NCBI RefSeq assembly: GCF_053078305.1
Contig: NZ_CP166879.1
Length of the DNA stretch: 64,000 nt
Strand: one strand, 5' to 3'
Shown in pieces: positions 39,794-50,661 of the stretch. The translations under genes and the position numbers were made by a program. Each line of letters begins with the position of its first letter. Position 1 is the stretch's first letter. Under the pieces are notes generated by a model. The model ran no database searches. It had not been told where the DNA came from and was given only the letters and a program-made list of their open reading frames with translations.

Positions 39794-41476
39794 TTAAACA
39801 CCAGACATCATAACTTTAGTATTTTTTACTGCGTTATCATTCAATCGCTGCTGATCATCCATGTACCATACAGAACGAATCCAGCGATCATTTGGTTTAT
39901 TCGGAAAAACGAACGCCTTATTACCTTTAGGACCAAAGCGATGGATAAAAATCTCTCCCGTTGTAGGATCCACCCATAAATTACCATCAGACTCAATATT
40001 CCAGTTGGCAGAACAATGGGTGTATTTTCCGATAATATACAACTCTTCCTCAGTAAAAGCCTGAGGCTCTTGCCCCAAACGTACCGCTTTTCCCTGAGCA
40101 ATGGCTTTATCAACAAAAGGAATTAATTCAGGAGATAAATTCATATCTGGATTTTTGGGGTCAATTGGAGCAAACAATACCCCTGCTTCCTGAGCAGCAT
40201 CCAGCATCACACGCAGGCAAACATTAGCCCAGTCATTAGGTACTGCCATACGCTCAAAAAATACTGCGGCTCCCACCTGCTTTTGTATCACGCCAGCCCG
40301 ACGTTGATTGCTGTTGTTCACACCTACGGAACGAATTTTGGTGGTTAGTTTTCCATGAGGCAAAATATGTTTTAAGGCTGGCAGAGTCATCAACATTTTT
40401 CTGGCTTGCTCTGCATTACGGTATACTCGCGTATCTGTTTCTCTGGTATCGTCACTGACAATTTCAAATGCCGGGCAACTCAGAAACAGACTTTCATTTT
40501 CCTGCAGAGGTGAACCTACCGGATTGTAACCACCTCCAATATCTGAATGCGCCCCTGGTAAAGCCAGTTCGGGCCACATACCTTTAATACTGTTCAGGCT
40601 GAAATTATATCGGTATTCATTCATTGCAGTAATCTGGAAAACTTTCTTCGCGATGGAAGGACGCAATTCCAGCTTTACTCCCGGGTTGCTACGTCCATTA
40701 ATATCGAAGAAATTACTGATTCCACCAATAGCTGCGACAGTATCAAAAAGCCCCAGAAAACGGACTTCACCCGAAGGTTTACCATCATAAAAATCGCCTC
40801 TGAGCCCTTTAGCAATAGCTCTGGCTATAGCAGGATCCTGTTCCATAACCCGATTAGCAAAGTGCCTTGCCGCCGCTGCTCCCCGGCTAAAACCAAAAAC
40901 ATCAAACTGGATTTTTGCGATACAAAAATCAGGATTTAAATTGAACCCCATAAATTCTGATAACGCTTGGGTGATTCGTTCCATTGCCTCGTCGGTTTTC
41001 GTCACCACACCTTCAAATATATCCAGAATACTGGTGCCTAATCCCATGCCAATGACTGAATCTGCTTCACCAGCCGCAGTCCCTATCCCGGAAATGTAAG
41101 TCTGAATTTGTGCTTCAACCTGACTTTCCAACAAAGTCTGATCTGCTACGTAAAGTGAATTTAGCCAGTGGATATTGGAATAATATCCACGATAACTGCC
41201 ATTCGAGATACTGTTCTTGTTAATTTCTTCAAGAAAGTCCTCACAGCTTTGTGCATCTTTTTGATTTACCCCCTGTCTGGCTGCACTACACTCATTAAAT
41301 TTCATCAGACGAGATGCTGTATTCTCCCGATTGTTTCCGGTACCATCGAAAAATATACCAATGGTTAAAGTCACACCCCGCGCCGGTTTTTTCTTTGCAA
41401 CAACAACTTTCCAGTCATTATGAATACTGGTTTTATGGGTGGCATCTGTTACATCATATCCCTGATATTTTGTCAT
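39794..41476 (-). CDS. T6SS phospholipase effector, Tle1 family (DUF2235 alpha/beta hydrolase)
   Basis: 560 aa; hallmark motifs GIFFDGTGNN and GFSRGAAAARHF (GxSxG); start overlaps the vgrG stop (ATGA). Confidence 0.85.
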   Translation of the reverse strand: MTKYQGYDVTDATHKTSIHNDWKVVVAKKKPARGVTLTIGIFFDGTGNNRENTASRLMKFNECSAARQGVNQKDAQSCEDFLEEINKNSISNGSYRGYYSNIHWLNSLYVADQTLLESQVEAQIQTYISGIGTAAGEADSVIGMGLGTSILDIFEGVVTKTDEAMERITQALSEFMGFNLNPDFCIAKIQFDVFGFSRGAAAARHFANRVMEQDPAIARAIAKGLRGDFYDGKPSGEVRFLGLFDTVAAIGGISNFFDINGRSNPGVKLELRPSIAKKVFQITAMNEYRYNFSLNSIKGMWPELALPGAHSDIGGGYNPVGSPLQENESLFLSCPAFEIVSDDTRETDTRVYRNAEQARKMLMTLPALKHILPHGKLTTKIRSVGVNNSNQRRAGVIQKQVGAAVFFERMAVPNDWANVCLRVMLDAAQEAGVLFAPIDPKNPDMNLSPELIPFVDKAIAQGKAVRLGQEPQAFTEEELYIIGKYTHCSANWNIESDGNLWVDPTTGEIFIHRFGPKGNKAFVFPNKPNDRWIRSVWYMDDQQRLNDNAVKNTKVMMSGV

Positions 41477-43992
41477 TCTGTTTCTCCATGAATTTTTACC
41501 TTCCCAAACTCAACTTTTACTACTGACGGAATGGAGGTGTTGACTGGCGCTGTTTTACCATTTTCATCGGTGATCCCCTGTAGAATATCACCTTCAGCCG
41601 TTGTTAATCGATAAGGCGTCGAAGGTTGCGGCACTCCCGCTTCATCGGTAAGAATAAAACCGCCACCAAACCCTCGCGGCATTTCAACAGACGCAATATC
41701 AAGACTTGTTGGTCCCATCTTCTGCATATTCGTGCTTTTTAACAGGATCTGTCCCGGGCATCCCAGCTCAATATTTCCACCGCTTAGTTTGATATAAGCT
41801 CCACCACATGCCAGTATCAGTTCCTGATTAGCAGAAACAGTCACTTTGCCCTCAGAACTTTGAATATCAAGATTCTGTTGGGAACTCATTGACAAATCGT
41901 CACTTTGAGCCTGAATATTTACCCGCCCTTTTGCTGCTAACAGTTGCATCCCCTGGTTTCTGCTCAACAGGCTAACAGCACCTTCTGCTACAACTGTAAA
42001 TGACTGCCCGGCACTAATATCAGTGTTATCTCCCGACATTATGCCCACGCTTTCACTACCCGAAGCAATTCGTAACGCCCGTGCACTAACCATGCCAATC
42101 CCATCAGGAGCATGCAACAGCATTCCCGGCGCAGTGAGATCTGTTAGCGATGAATTCAACCGTTGCTGACAACTTATATCTCCCTGAGTAGCATTTGCAG
42201 CAGTTGCGGCCTTCGCCATACTTCGGGCCAGAGATAATGCCAGCTCCAGTTGGCGGATAGCTTCATTCATATCCAGCATCTTTCCTTGTGCCTGAGGCTG
42301 CATATCTGCACTGATAAATATTCCTTTTCCTCCCCGGATACTTATCCAGTCATCAGTCCTCAGCTCAGCGCCTTCTCCCCTGAGTTTCCGGGAGGCATTA
42401 ACGTTATGACCAAGATTAAGTTGTGTCTTACCGCCAAACTCGGTACTGATCTTGATATGCTCCTCACCGCGTTTGTCCTCCATCCGCAACTTGTTATTTG
42501 CCGGCGTACGGATAACATTGCGCGTACCGTTCTTATCGGTAACGTGATCAACATGACGTGAATCATGCAGGGCATGCGCGATATAGGGGCGATCCGGATC
42601 ACCTTCCTCAAAGGCAATGGCCACTTCCGTTCCCTGAATCAGCGGAAAATGAAAACCATAAGCATCACCACTGTAGGGTTTGGCCAGACGTACCGGCATG
42701 CTTTCCTGTCCCGGATTTTTATCATCACGGTCAGCATCAAATTTCACCCGGTACATACCTGATGCATCCTGCCAGGCGTAGATATCCCCTTCTTTTGCAC
42801 TGGTCACACGGGCCGTCATGGTACCGGTAACTTTCGGACGCGGCAGTAAAGGAGGACGCCAGCAGATAACTTCACTGTAAGGAACGCCCTTCAGTACAAC
42901 CTGCAGGGCATCCTTGCGACTTGCAGAAAAACCGACACAGGTAAGCAACACCGGATTGCGCAGCAGCGCAGGCAACGTCGGCGGAAGACTGTCGGTGATA
43001 GTCAGAACCTGAGCAGGTGCCAGCGTGGCGTCTGTACTGTTGCCGGTTATCCGCACCTGCTCCGCCAGATAACGTTCATGACCAAGGCGGGCATAAAAAT
43101 TGGCCGTCTCCGGCACCGGGTCGATTTTATCCCCCCGTTCCAGATGACGGAAATGGTAGTGGTACACCTCACCATAGTTAATTCCGTCACCATCACCATG
43201 CGTCATGTCTGCCGGGGCGGACTGCAACAGATATTGTGCTTCACGATGGTTATAAGCCTTTGTGGTGACACTGGCCTCTGCCACATTGTGCGTCACATTC
43301 AGCCCCCACACTGAATCCGCTCTGTTATCATTCATTCCGGACGGACTGTTTATCGCCAGCGTCTTATCAAACGTCAGCGCAGCCTGGCTGTCACCAAAAT
43401 GCACTACTTCCGTCTGCGTGTCCGGTTGCAGGGTGAAAAAATAAAAAATCCCCACTTCAGCCAGCAAACGCTGAATAAATTGCAGGTCACTTTCCTGATA
43501 CTGGTTAATTTGTTCACGCTTCGGATACGTTTTTTTGAGACGGAACTCAAACTCCCAGCCTTTCAGGCCGTGCTCCTGGAGAACCTCTGTCACCACCTCC
43601 GGCACCGATTTGTTAACGAAAAATCGGTGAGAACGATGCTGCCTGTCCAGTAGTTTAATAAATGGTTCCAGTATCACCTGGTATTTTGCCTGGTCGGCGG
43701 AGCCCGATATACGACGAAAATCTGTAATGACACCATGTACTACTTTCTGGCTCACCTGCTCCTTAAGCCCTCCCGTACCCATTGTAAATGTGGCTGATTT
43801 ACGCAGCAGCAGCCCGGCATCCAGGTCGTTGTCAGTACTGGTAAAATTGATGATGTAATAATAGGTCTGACTCATCTCCTCCCTGCCGCTGAAATGCTCA
43901 ACATCCAGTGGTGACGGGCAGGAGGGAATAATTAAATGGTAACGATTCAGGGAAGCAGAGATAGTTTTTGAAAGTGTATCTGTCAGACTCAT
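41473..43992 (-). CDS. vgrG: T6SS spike protein VgrG with C-terminal extension
   Basis: 839 aa; GGAG RBS; longer than the ~650-aa core, consistent with a C-terminal effector-binding extension. Confidence 0.9.
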   Translation of the reverse strand: MSLTDTLSKTISASLNRYHLIIPSCPSPLDVEHFSGREEMSQTYYYIINFTSTDNDLDAGLLLRKSATFTMGTGGLKEQVSQKVVHGVITDFRRISGSADQAKYQVILEPFIKLLDRQHRSHRFFVNKSVPEVVTEVLQEHGLKGWEFEFRLKKTYPKREQINQYQESDLQFIQRLLAEVGIFYFFTLQPDTQTEVVHFGDSQAALTFDKTLAINSPSGMNDNRADSVWGLNVTHNVAEASVTTKAYNHREAQYLLQSAPADMTHGDGDGINYGEVYHYHFRHLERGDKIDPVPETANFYARLGHERYLAEQVRITGNSTDATLAPAQVLTITDSLPPTLPALLRNPVLLTCVGFSASRKDALQVVLKGVPYSEVICWRPPLLPRPKVTGTMTARVTSAKEGDIYAWQDASGMYRVKFDADRDDKNPGQESMPVRLAKPYSGDAYGFHFPLIQGTEVAIAFEEGDPDRPYIAHALHDSRHVDHVTDKNGTRNVIRTPANNKLRMEDKRGEEHIKISTEFGGKTQLNLGHNVNASRKLRGEGAELRTDDWISIRGGKGIFISADMQPQAQGKMLDMNEAIRQLELALSLARSMAKAATAANATQGDISCQQRLNSSLTDLTAPGMLLHAPDGIGMVSARALRIASGSESVGIMSGDNTDISAGQSFTVVAEGAVSLLSRNQGMQLLAAKGRVNIQAQSDDLSMSSQQNLDIQSSEGKVTVSANQELILACGGAYIKLSGGNIELGCPGQILLKSTNMQKMGPTSLDIASVEMPRGFGGGFILTDEAGVPQPSTPYRLTTAEGDILQGITDENGKTAPVNTSIPSVVKVEFGKVKIHGETE

Positions 43993-44070
43993 ATTGTTAA
44001 CTCCATGTCTGTACCGGTATTGAACTGCAATTATATAATGATGACCGTTAAGCTTTATTTTCAGAGAGAA

Positions 44071-44298
44071 TTACTGATAATCATCCCATTCATCGTAAAT
44101 ATATGCATATGCAAATCGATACATCAGATAACCGACAAAAAATAACGCAACAGAGAGCCCTCCCCACAGATATTTAAATTCAGCAGATGAGAGAAAAAAG
44201 AACCAGACTGTAAATACAATACCCGACGCACCTAACCCCATACCTGCGCCACGGATAAATCGGGAAAGCATTATAAGTAATGTTCTTTTTATCTTCAT
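44071..44298 (-). CDS. Small two-TM membrane protein (75 aa), unknown; possible immunity protein
   Basis: Internal ATG at 44298 overlaps the stop of the upstream gene (ATGA); hydrophobic (GMGLGASGIVFTVWFFFL, LSVALFFVGYLMYRF); AT-rich. Confidence 0.5.
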   Translation of the reverse strand: MKIKRTLLIMLSRFIRGAGMGLGASGIVFTVWFFFLSSAEFKYLWGGLSVALFFVGYLMYRFAYAYIYDEWDDYQ

Positions 44299-44936
44299 AA
44301 ACCACCGAAAAAATATTCGCATATCCGGTCAAACTCAGCCGAATTTCGGTCTGCGACAATACAGGCTCGTTCAAACGGGCGCACAATATCTTCAACAAGA
44401 AAGTACAAAAGATCCAAATCCCCCTGAGCTTTCAGCTTATCATGCAACACCGGATTTCTGTCTTTCAGAAAACGGGATGTGTAAATCGCACGCGATGTCT
44501 CTGCGCCAACAGATAATAACAACCCGGCAAAACTCCCTGCAAAAAAAGCAGCCAGCCCTCTGGATACCAGAACCTCTCCCAGTTTAACCCCGGTCAATTC
44601 AGCAAATGCCATTCTACCTGCCAGATCTCCTGAAACGTTCTTCACAATGGAGCCTGTTTTTTCCATATTGATCCGGGATACAAAGTCTTCAAGACAAATA
44701 CTGATAATTTTCCCAATAATATCACGGCTGAAAATGCCTTTTTCTACCAGTCTGGCCATTCTGAATTTGTCATTCTGGTTTTCCCGCCTATGCCCGGTAT
44801 CTATAAAATCATATCCCATATAACCGAGACTGACTGGCAAAGATATGAGTCCCTTCCCGACGGCCCCCAGAAACCCATCCCCATTAATATTTACGGCCTC
44901 CAGCATATCCCGGGCAATTTCTTTAGCACTGTCCAT
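44295..44936 (-). CDS. Hypothetical protein (213 aa) between clpV and vgrG, unknown function
   Basis: ATG at 44936 chosen just downstream of the clpV stop; AT-rich; no recognised domain. Confidence 0.5.
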   Translation of the reverse strand: MDSAKEIARDMLEAVNINGDGFLGAVGKGLISLPVSLGYMGYDFIDTGHRRENQNDKFRMARLVEKGIFSRDIIGKIISICLEDFVSRINMEKTGSIVKNVSGDLAGRMAFAELTGVKLGEVLVSRGLAAFFAGSFAGLLLSVGAETSRAIYTSRFLKDRNPVLHDKLKAQGDLDLLYFLVEDIVRPFERACIVADRNSAEFDRICEYFFGGL

Positions 44937-47610
44937 ATATGCTTTCCTGCGGATAATCGCTATTGATTCCATCAAACGCTATCACAATACCATCCTCATC
45001 ATTCCACGTCAGAGACAGGTACGTCGGATGCTGTCTGGCAGCAAGATAGCTGAGCAACTGCCGGCTCAGTACCGGCAGCAGTTGCTGGTTCAGCAGACTC
45101 TCCACATTCCGGGCGCCCGTATCCGGCAGCAGGCAGGCGGATGTCAGGGCATCGTACACACGTTCATCAACCGATGTGCTCAGCCCATAATGGCAGTGCA
45201 GGCGTTCGCAGACCTGTGCAAGCTTCATCTCCACAATGGTGCGCATGGCAGACTGCGTCAGCGGACGGTAAATCACGGTCCGGAAACGGGCAAGCAGTGC
45301 TGGCTGGAAGTGGTCGCGCAGCAGTGGACGGATAAGCTCATGCAGCTCCGATTCCGTTGTCTCCGGCTTTTCGCTAAGTTGCTGCATCAGAAGGTCACTG
45401 CCCAGATTGGAGGTCATCAGAATGACCGTATTACGGAAGTCAATTTCACGCCCCTCACCGTCGCGCATAAAGCCCCGGTCAAACACCTGGTAGAACAGAT
45501 TCAGCACATCCCGGTGGGCCTTTTCCACTTCATCCAGCAGCACCACGCTGTAAGGGCGTTTACGCACAGCCTCCGTCAGAATACCGCCCTGACCGTATCC
45601 CACGTACCCGGGCGGTGACCCCTTAAGCTGGGAAACCGTATGGGGCTCCTGGTATTCCGACAGATTGATGGTAATCAGTGATTTTTCGCCGCCGTACATC
45701 ACGTCTGCCAGCGCCAGTGCCGTTTCGGTTTTTCCCACACCACTGGGACCGACCAGCAGGAACACCCCCTGGGGGCCGTTACCGGATGTCAGACCCGTTT
45801 TCGCCGCACGCAGACGCTGCGCAATGGATTCCAGTGCCACGTCCTGTCCGACCACCCGTCTGCCGATATCCTTTTCCAGATGCAGCAGTTCCGTCTGTTC
45901 GTCCTTCATCAGGGAAGATAACGGCACCCCGGTCCGGTCCGCGACCACACCGGCAACGGTGCGTACGTCAACATCCACACTGAGCAGGGGCTGATTCTGC
46001 TGAATGTCGTGCAGTGCCTGCTGCAGGTGATGTGTCTCACTCTGGCGGGAAATATCGCTGCGGCTTTCAAGTAACTCACCGGTGAGTTCGCACTCCCGGG
46101 CGTACTGCTGCTCCAGGTCATCACGTGCTGTCATCAGCTCGTTCTCTTCCTGCTCAATGGCAGACAGACGTTCGCCGTGATTCTGATGACCAACGGCAAT
46201 ATCTTCCAGCAGTGCCTGTTTTTCCATACCGAGGGAAGCGAGCTGTGAACGGATACGGGTCAGCTGTTCCGGCACCGTGTCGAGGCTCATACGCACACGG
46301 GCAGCAGCAGTATCGAGCAGGTCAACAGCCTTGTCCGGTAACTGGCGTTCTGTCAGATAACGGCGCGACAGCGTGACGGCAGCACGTACCGCCTCATCGG
46401 TGATATGCACGTTATGATGTTCCGCATAACGGGATTTCAGGGAGCGCAGCATCAGACAGGCCGTCTCATCATCCGGCTCGTCCACTCTGACCATCTGAAA
46501 ACGCCGCTCCAGAGCCGCGTCACGTTCCAGGTATTGTTTGTACTCAGACCAGGTGGTGGCGGCAATGGTACGCAGTTCACCCCGCGCCAGCGCAGGCTTC
46601 AGCAGGTTGGCCGCATCCGCGCCGCCGGCCTGATTACCGGCCCCGATAAGGGTATGGGCTTCATCTATAAACAACAGTACAGGAGCCGGTGACTGCTGCA
46701 CGGCATCAATCACGTTTTTCAGGCGCTGTTCAAATTCACCCTTCACGCCGGCACCGGCCTGCAGCAGGCCGAGGTCAAGGGTGCGCAGGGTGACGGGTCT
46801 GAGTGATTCCGGTACGTTACCTTCCGCAATACGCAGGGCGAGCCCTTCCACCAGAGCCGTTTTCCCCACACCAGGGTCCCCCACCAGAATCGGGTTGTTC
46901 TTGCGGCGGCGGGAGAGAATATCCACCATCTGACGGATTTCCGTATCGCGTCCCGATACCGGGTCAATTTTCCCCTCTCTCGCGCTGGCCGTGATGTCCC
47001 GGGTGAATTTATCCAGAGCACTCTGTAACACAGGCGGCAGGTCACCTGACGGTATACCCGCCGTATCCGCACCGACGGGACGCCCGATAAAGGTCACATT
47101 GTCTCCCTGAGGCAGCACAGGCTCTGCATCCTGTAATCTCTCCGGACACTCATCAGACTGCGCATCCAGCAGCGGGGACAGACGCTGCAACTGGCTATGA
47201 CTCAGTGTCAGCAGCGGCCACAGCCCGTCACAGCGAACCAGGTGCGGATTTTCCGTCAGGGCACCCAGCAGATGCACGCTGCGGATATGTTCTTCTCCCT
47301 GTAATGAGGCCACCATCCAGGCCTGTTTCAGCAGGGCATTCAGGGACGGCGCAAGCTGCGGGCAGCTGCGTACGCTACGGGGCTGGTTATCCAGCCAGCC
47401 GAGCAGCGACTGCCATATCGCGTCCATATCCCAGTCATAACGCCGGCCCAGCACGGTAAGGTCTCCTTCGCCCTGCTCCAGCAGTTTCAGTAACCAGTGC
47501 TCCGGGGTGATTTCCGCATGGGCCCGGGTCTGGCAAAGGGAGGCTGCGCCTTCCAGTGCACGGGCACAGTAATGATTAAGACGGCGTAACAGAGCTGCCG
47601 GATTTTCCAT
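44923..47610 (-). CDS. clpV: T6SS AAA+ ATPase ClpV (TssH)
   Basis: About 895 aa from the internal ATG (ORF-track start is GTG at 47619); two AAA+ modules with Walker A motifs GDPGVGKT and GPSGVGKT. Confidence 0.9.
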   Translation of the reverse strand: MENPAALLRRLNHYCARALEGAASLCQTRAHAEITPEHWLLKLLEQGEGDLTVLGRRYDWDMDAIWQSLLGWLDNQPRSVRSCPQLAPSLNALLKQAWMVASLQGEEHIRSVHLLGALTENPHLVRCDGLWPLLTLSHSQLQRLSPLLDAQSDECPERLQDAEPVLPQGDNVTFIGRPVGADTAGIPSGDLPPVLQSALDKFTRDITASAREGKIDPVSGRDTEIRQMVDILSRRRKNNPILVGDPGVGKTALVEGLALRIAEGNVPESLRPVTLRTLDLGLLQAGAGVKGEFEQRLKNVIDAVQQSPAPVLLFIDEAHTLIGAGNQAGGADAANLLKPALARGELRTIAATTWSEYKQYLERDAALERRFQMVRVDEPDDETACLMLRSLKSRYAEHHNVHITDEAVRAAVTLSRRYLTERQLPDKAVDLLDTAAARVRMSLDTVPEQLTRIRSQLASLGMEKQALLEDIAVGHQNHGERLSAIEQEENELMTARDDLEQQYARECELTGELLESRSDISRQSETHHLQQALHDIQQNQPLLSVDVDVRTVAGVVADRTGVPLSSLMKDEQTELLHLEKDIGRRVVGQDVALESIAQRLRAAKTGLTSGNGPQGVFLLVGPSGVGKTETALALADVMYGGEKSLITINLSEYQEPHTVSQLKGSPPGYVGYGQGGILTEAVRKRPYSVVLLDEVEKAHRDVLNLFYQVFDRGFMRDGEGREIDFRNTVILMTSNLGSDLLMQQLSEKPETTESELHELIRPLLRDHFQPALLARFRTVIYRPLTQSAMRTIVEMKLAQVCERLHCHYGLSTSVDERVYDALTSACLLPDTGARNVESLLNQQLLPVLSRQLLSYLAARQHPTYLSLTWNDEDGIVIAFDGINSDYPQESIYGQC

Positions 47611-47730
47611 GTTATTCACTCACTGTCAGAAGACCTTCAGACACGCTACCGCCCTTCGCCATAACCCGGGCGCATCAGGTCTGTGTTCAGGACTGAGAAT
47701 TCTTTCTTCAGCACCCGCCAGCAGATACTG

Positions 47731-47770
47731 AAGAAAAAAGAAAAATGACGGACAGGATACCCTGCCCGTC
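47731..47770 (-). terminator. Stem-loop with U-tract between hcp and clpV (terminator or attenuator)
   Basis: Minus-strand GACGGGCAGG-GTAT-CCTGTCCGTC (one mismatch) followed by ATTTTTCTTTTTTCTT, directly after the hcp stop. Confidence 0.5.
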
Positions 47771-47778
47771 CGGGAGAA

Positions 47779-48270
47779 TTACGCAGTGGTACGTTCATTC
47801 CACGCGTCAGAATGAATGATGTTACCGTCCTTATAAGTCCAGGTGATTTTCTCGTAGCGCAGCTCCACCTGCTCAAGGTGGTTATGCTTCTCGTAGGCGG
47901 GATTCTTGATGTCGTGCATGACCGGGTTAACCTTCACCACCTTCACGTTCTCAAGCTTCGTATTGAAATACTCCACTTCCTGACCGGCATCATTGATTCT
48001 GTACCACTTAAACTCAGCAGACTTCAGGGTCTGCCCCGTGGTCACCGCCTTGTAAAGGTAGGGGCTGGAAGAATCAATTTCCTTGGTAAACAGGAACGGC
48101 GTGTGAATACGGGTACCGGTCAGCTTACCGGTATTGTTATCCGTCGGAATGTAAAGGCAGTGCTCCTGAGCCACCACTTCAATACTGCCCTCACGGTCCT
48201 TCACATCCACGGAGCCTTTAATATCCGCTCCGCCATCATCCTGCAGCCACAGATAAACAGGAATTGCCAT
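47779..48270 (-). CDS. hcp: T6SS tube protein Hcp
   Basis: 163 aa from ATG at 48270 (RBS GAGGGAG); MAIPVYLWLQDDGGADIKGSVDV... typical Hcp; the ORF-track 5' extension was rejected. Confidence 0.9.
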   Translation of the reverse strand: MAIPVYLWLQDDGGADIKGSVDVKDREGSIEVVAQEHCLYIPTDNNTGKLTGTRIHTPFLFTKEIDSSSPYLYKAVTTGQTLKSAEFKWYRINDAGQEVEYFNTKLENVKVVKVNPVMHDIKNPAYEKHNHLEQVELRYEKITWTYKDGNIIHSDAWNERTTA

Positions 48271-48304
48271 AAAGTTACTCCCTCTCGTTGTCTTACGCGC
48301 CCTG

Positions 48305-50005
48305 TTACGGCGCCCGGGTGATGTCCGGCAGACGACAGGCATCGGCCTGCGGTACCAGACTGATTTCAACACGGCGGTTACGCGCTCGCCCTTCCGCCGT
48401 CTCATTCGGAGCCACGGGACGACTCTCACCATATCCCTGTACGGCAAAACAGCTTTGAGGGATATCGCCCGTATCCCGCATCCAGTCGCGAACGGCCTCT
48501 GCGCGCTTCAGTGACAGGGCCTGGTTGCGCTGCGGGTCACCCGTATTGTCCGTGTGACCACTGACCACAATCAGCCAGCCCGCTTTTGCCTTAATATCCA
48601 CCAGGGCATTCACCAGCCATTTTGTGGCGCCCGGTTTCAGCGTCCATTTACCGGCATCAAACAGCGCCAGGCTGTTAAGGCGAACCGTTTTCGGCGTCTG
48701 AGTAACTTTCTGTATCACCGGACGGGGAGGCAGTGGTGCAACCCACTCACCAGTCGCTCGCTCAACCGGCGGTATCAGCCACATTCCCTGATACAATCCC
48801 AGTCCGTAACGCTGCGGCACACCATGTTGCTGCCAGTCGTTCAGTAACTGGCTGTCAGCCTGAAGACGTTGCAGTGCAGTTTTTTTCGATTCAGATGAAT
48901 ATCCGCGCATCCGGTGCCAGGCCGTCAGGTGTTCCCCCACACTGCGAACCAGTCGCTGGTTATTCATAAAAGACGCCAGCATAGCCAGCAGAAGAAAAAC
49001 ACCGACAATCAACCCCGTCTGGCGACAAAGTCTGTGCCAGTGACTGAGTCCTCGATGACGGGGGATACCGGACAGCAGAATATCCGGCAACGGCAGTACC
49101 TGTGATGACACGCCGGCAGACGGTGGCAGTGCAGTGAGGGACGTCAGTTGTTGTTGCCAGATATTACCGGGTCGGGCAGCAACCGACGTCAGACAGAATC
49201 CGACGGCAACCGGCCGGAAATAAAGGTGCTCCTGCCGGCAAATATCTGTCAGGGCATCAGTAACCCGGTTGTACCAGGACAACATGGCATTCAGCCATAA
49301 CAGTTCACTGACGCACCGGAGCCTGGACGCTGCATCACACGCCAGCAGCCATTCCTCTGCCGGAATGGCTCCGGCTTCCGTCAGGCGTATGTGCATTCCC
49401 GACAGGTCCGGTGTCAGTGAAAACCAGTGTGCAGAGTGCTTATTTAAGGATGTGTTTTGTGGTGACGGCCCTGAAACCATCAATGTCACCAGCACCGGCG
49501 GCATGGTATTCAGCCACTGCCGGCACTGCATGACTGCACGCTGCCAGTTCCGCAACCACGACAGGAAAGCTTCATCTGAGGTATGCTGCTCCGGTAAAAG
49601 TCCCAGCATGACCACGACCTGGCCACACAGGGCCGGACGGCTGTACGACAACCGCTCTGCCAGTATTCTCATCTGCTCCGGCGTATCCACACGAAGATAC
49701 CATCCCGATGCTGTTTCCCGGTATGCCTGACCGGGTTCGAACCACGCATCTGAGTTTCCGGCAACAAGCAGCACATGCCCCTGAAAATACTCAGGCGGCA
49801 GACCGTCATCGCCGGCATTCTCCGGGATATCACGACGGGAAGACAGACAACGCCACTGATACCACAGCACAAGCCCCGCCACCACGACTGAAACCAGGGT
49901 CAGTATTATCTGGTTTACTGCAGACAGTGGCAGGAATCCCGAAATCAGCCACAGTGTCAGGAACAGACTCAGTATTGTCAGCCAGAGACGGGAACGTACG
50001 TGCAT
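48305..50005 (-). CDS. tagL: T6SS accessory inner membrane protein with C-terminal OmpA/MotB-type peptidoglycan-binding domain (TagL-like)
   Basis: 566 aa from ATG at 50005; N-terminal TM segments; C-terminal OmpA-like motifs (VSGHTDNTGDPQRNQALSLKRAEAV, NRRVEISL). Confidence 0.7.
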   Translation of the reverse strand: MHVRSRLWLTILSLFLTLWLISGFLPLSAVNQIILTLVSVVVAGLVLWYQWRCLSSRRDIPENAGDDGLPPEYFQGHVLLVAGNSDAWFEPGQAYRETASGWYLRVDTPEQMRILAERLSYSRPALCGQVVVMLGLLPEQHTSDEAFLSWLRNWQRAVMQCRQWLNTMPPVLVTLMVSGPSPQNTSLNKHSAHWFSLTPDLSGMHIRLTEAGAIPAEEWLLACDAASRLRCVSELLWLNAMLSWYNRVTDALTDICRQEHLYFRPVAVGFCLTSVAARPGNIWQQQLTSLTALPPSAGVSSQVLPLPDILLSGIPRHRGLSHWHRLCRQTGLIVGVFLLLAMLASFMNNQRLVRSVGEHLTAWHRMRGYSSESKKTALQRLQADSQLLNDWQQHGVPQRYGLGLYQGMWLIPPVERATGEWVAPLPPRPVIQKVTQTPKTVRLNSLALFDAGKWTLKPGATKWLVNALVDIKAKAGWLIVVSGHTDNTGDPQRNQALSLKRAEAVRDWMRDTGDIPQSCFAVQGYGESRPVAPNETAEGRARNRRVEISLVPQADACRLPDITRAP

Positions 50006-50007
50006 GG

Positions 50008-50661
50008 TTATCCCTGCCCGGTAAGCCGTGCCACCTGGTCTGCGAGCACAGAAGAAAGCACACACCAGAGACCAGCCAGCGTCATAATACCCGCCACCCA
50101 TGACAACCAGTACATCGTTCTGCCAGCACGGTACCCCGGTGCACGCACCACCACCGGCGCATCCTGTGCGAAAGTAAATGCAGGAACACGCGCTGTCAGT
50201 GCGCGTATTACATCTTCGCGACGCTCATCATCCTGCGACCGGTACTGACCGGTAAAACCGAGCTGAAGCGTACGGCAGAGGCATGTCAGTACCGCCACAT
50301 CCGGCGCTGGTAATTTCAGTTGCTCACGAATACGCTCCCAGAGCTCTTCACCGGCATTGAGCGTACCAAAAAAATGAGCCTGCAGCGGGTCCTGCTGCCA
50401 GGTGTGCCAGCCATCGTCTGTTTTTTCGCGGTTCAGCACACTCTCGTCCAGCAGGGCACAGAAGGCATACAACATGGTGTCACTGTTTTCCTGACTGAAT
50501 CCTGCTTCGGCCAGCTCTTCACGCGCCTGCGTCACCAGCTGACAGGCACGGCGATACAGGGCCTTACCATCCTCAACCGGTTGTCCGCTGCGCAGCTGGC
50601 AGACCATCAGCCAGCCGGGATAAAAAATCTGTTCAGCCCGGGAAATAACTGGTTTATTCAT
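50008..50661 (-). CDS. tssL: T6SS membrane complex protein TssL (DotU-like)
   Basis: 217 aa from ATG at 50661, overlapping the tssK stop (ATGA); C-terminal TM anchor. Confidence 0.85.
   Translation of the reverse strand: MNKPVISRAEQIFYPGWLMVCQLRSGQPVEDGKALYRRACQLVTQAREELAEAGFSQENSDTMLYAFCALLDESVLNREKTDDGWHTWQQDPLQAHFFGTLNAGEELWERIREQLKLPAPDVAVLTCLCRTLQLGFTGQYRSQDDERREDVIRALTARVPAFTFAQDAPVVVRAPGYRAGRTMYWLSWVAGIMTLAGLWCVLSSVLADQVARLTGQG

Noticed and set aside
47779-48447. 222-aa ORF-track extension of hcp and the antisense ORF 47812..48321
   Set aside because: The extension upstream of ATG 48270 lacks an RBS and adds an Arg-rich non-Hcp N-terminus; the plus-strand ORF is antisense to hcp
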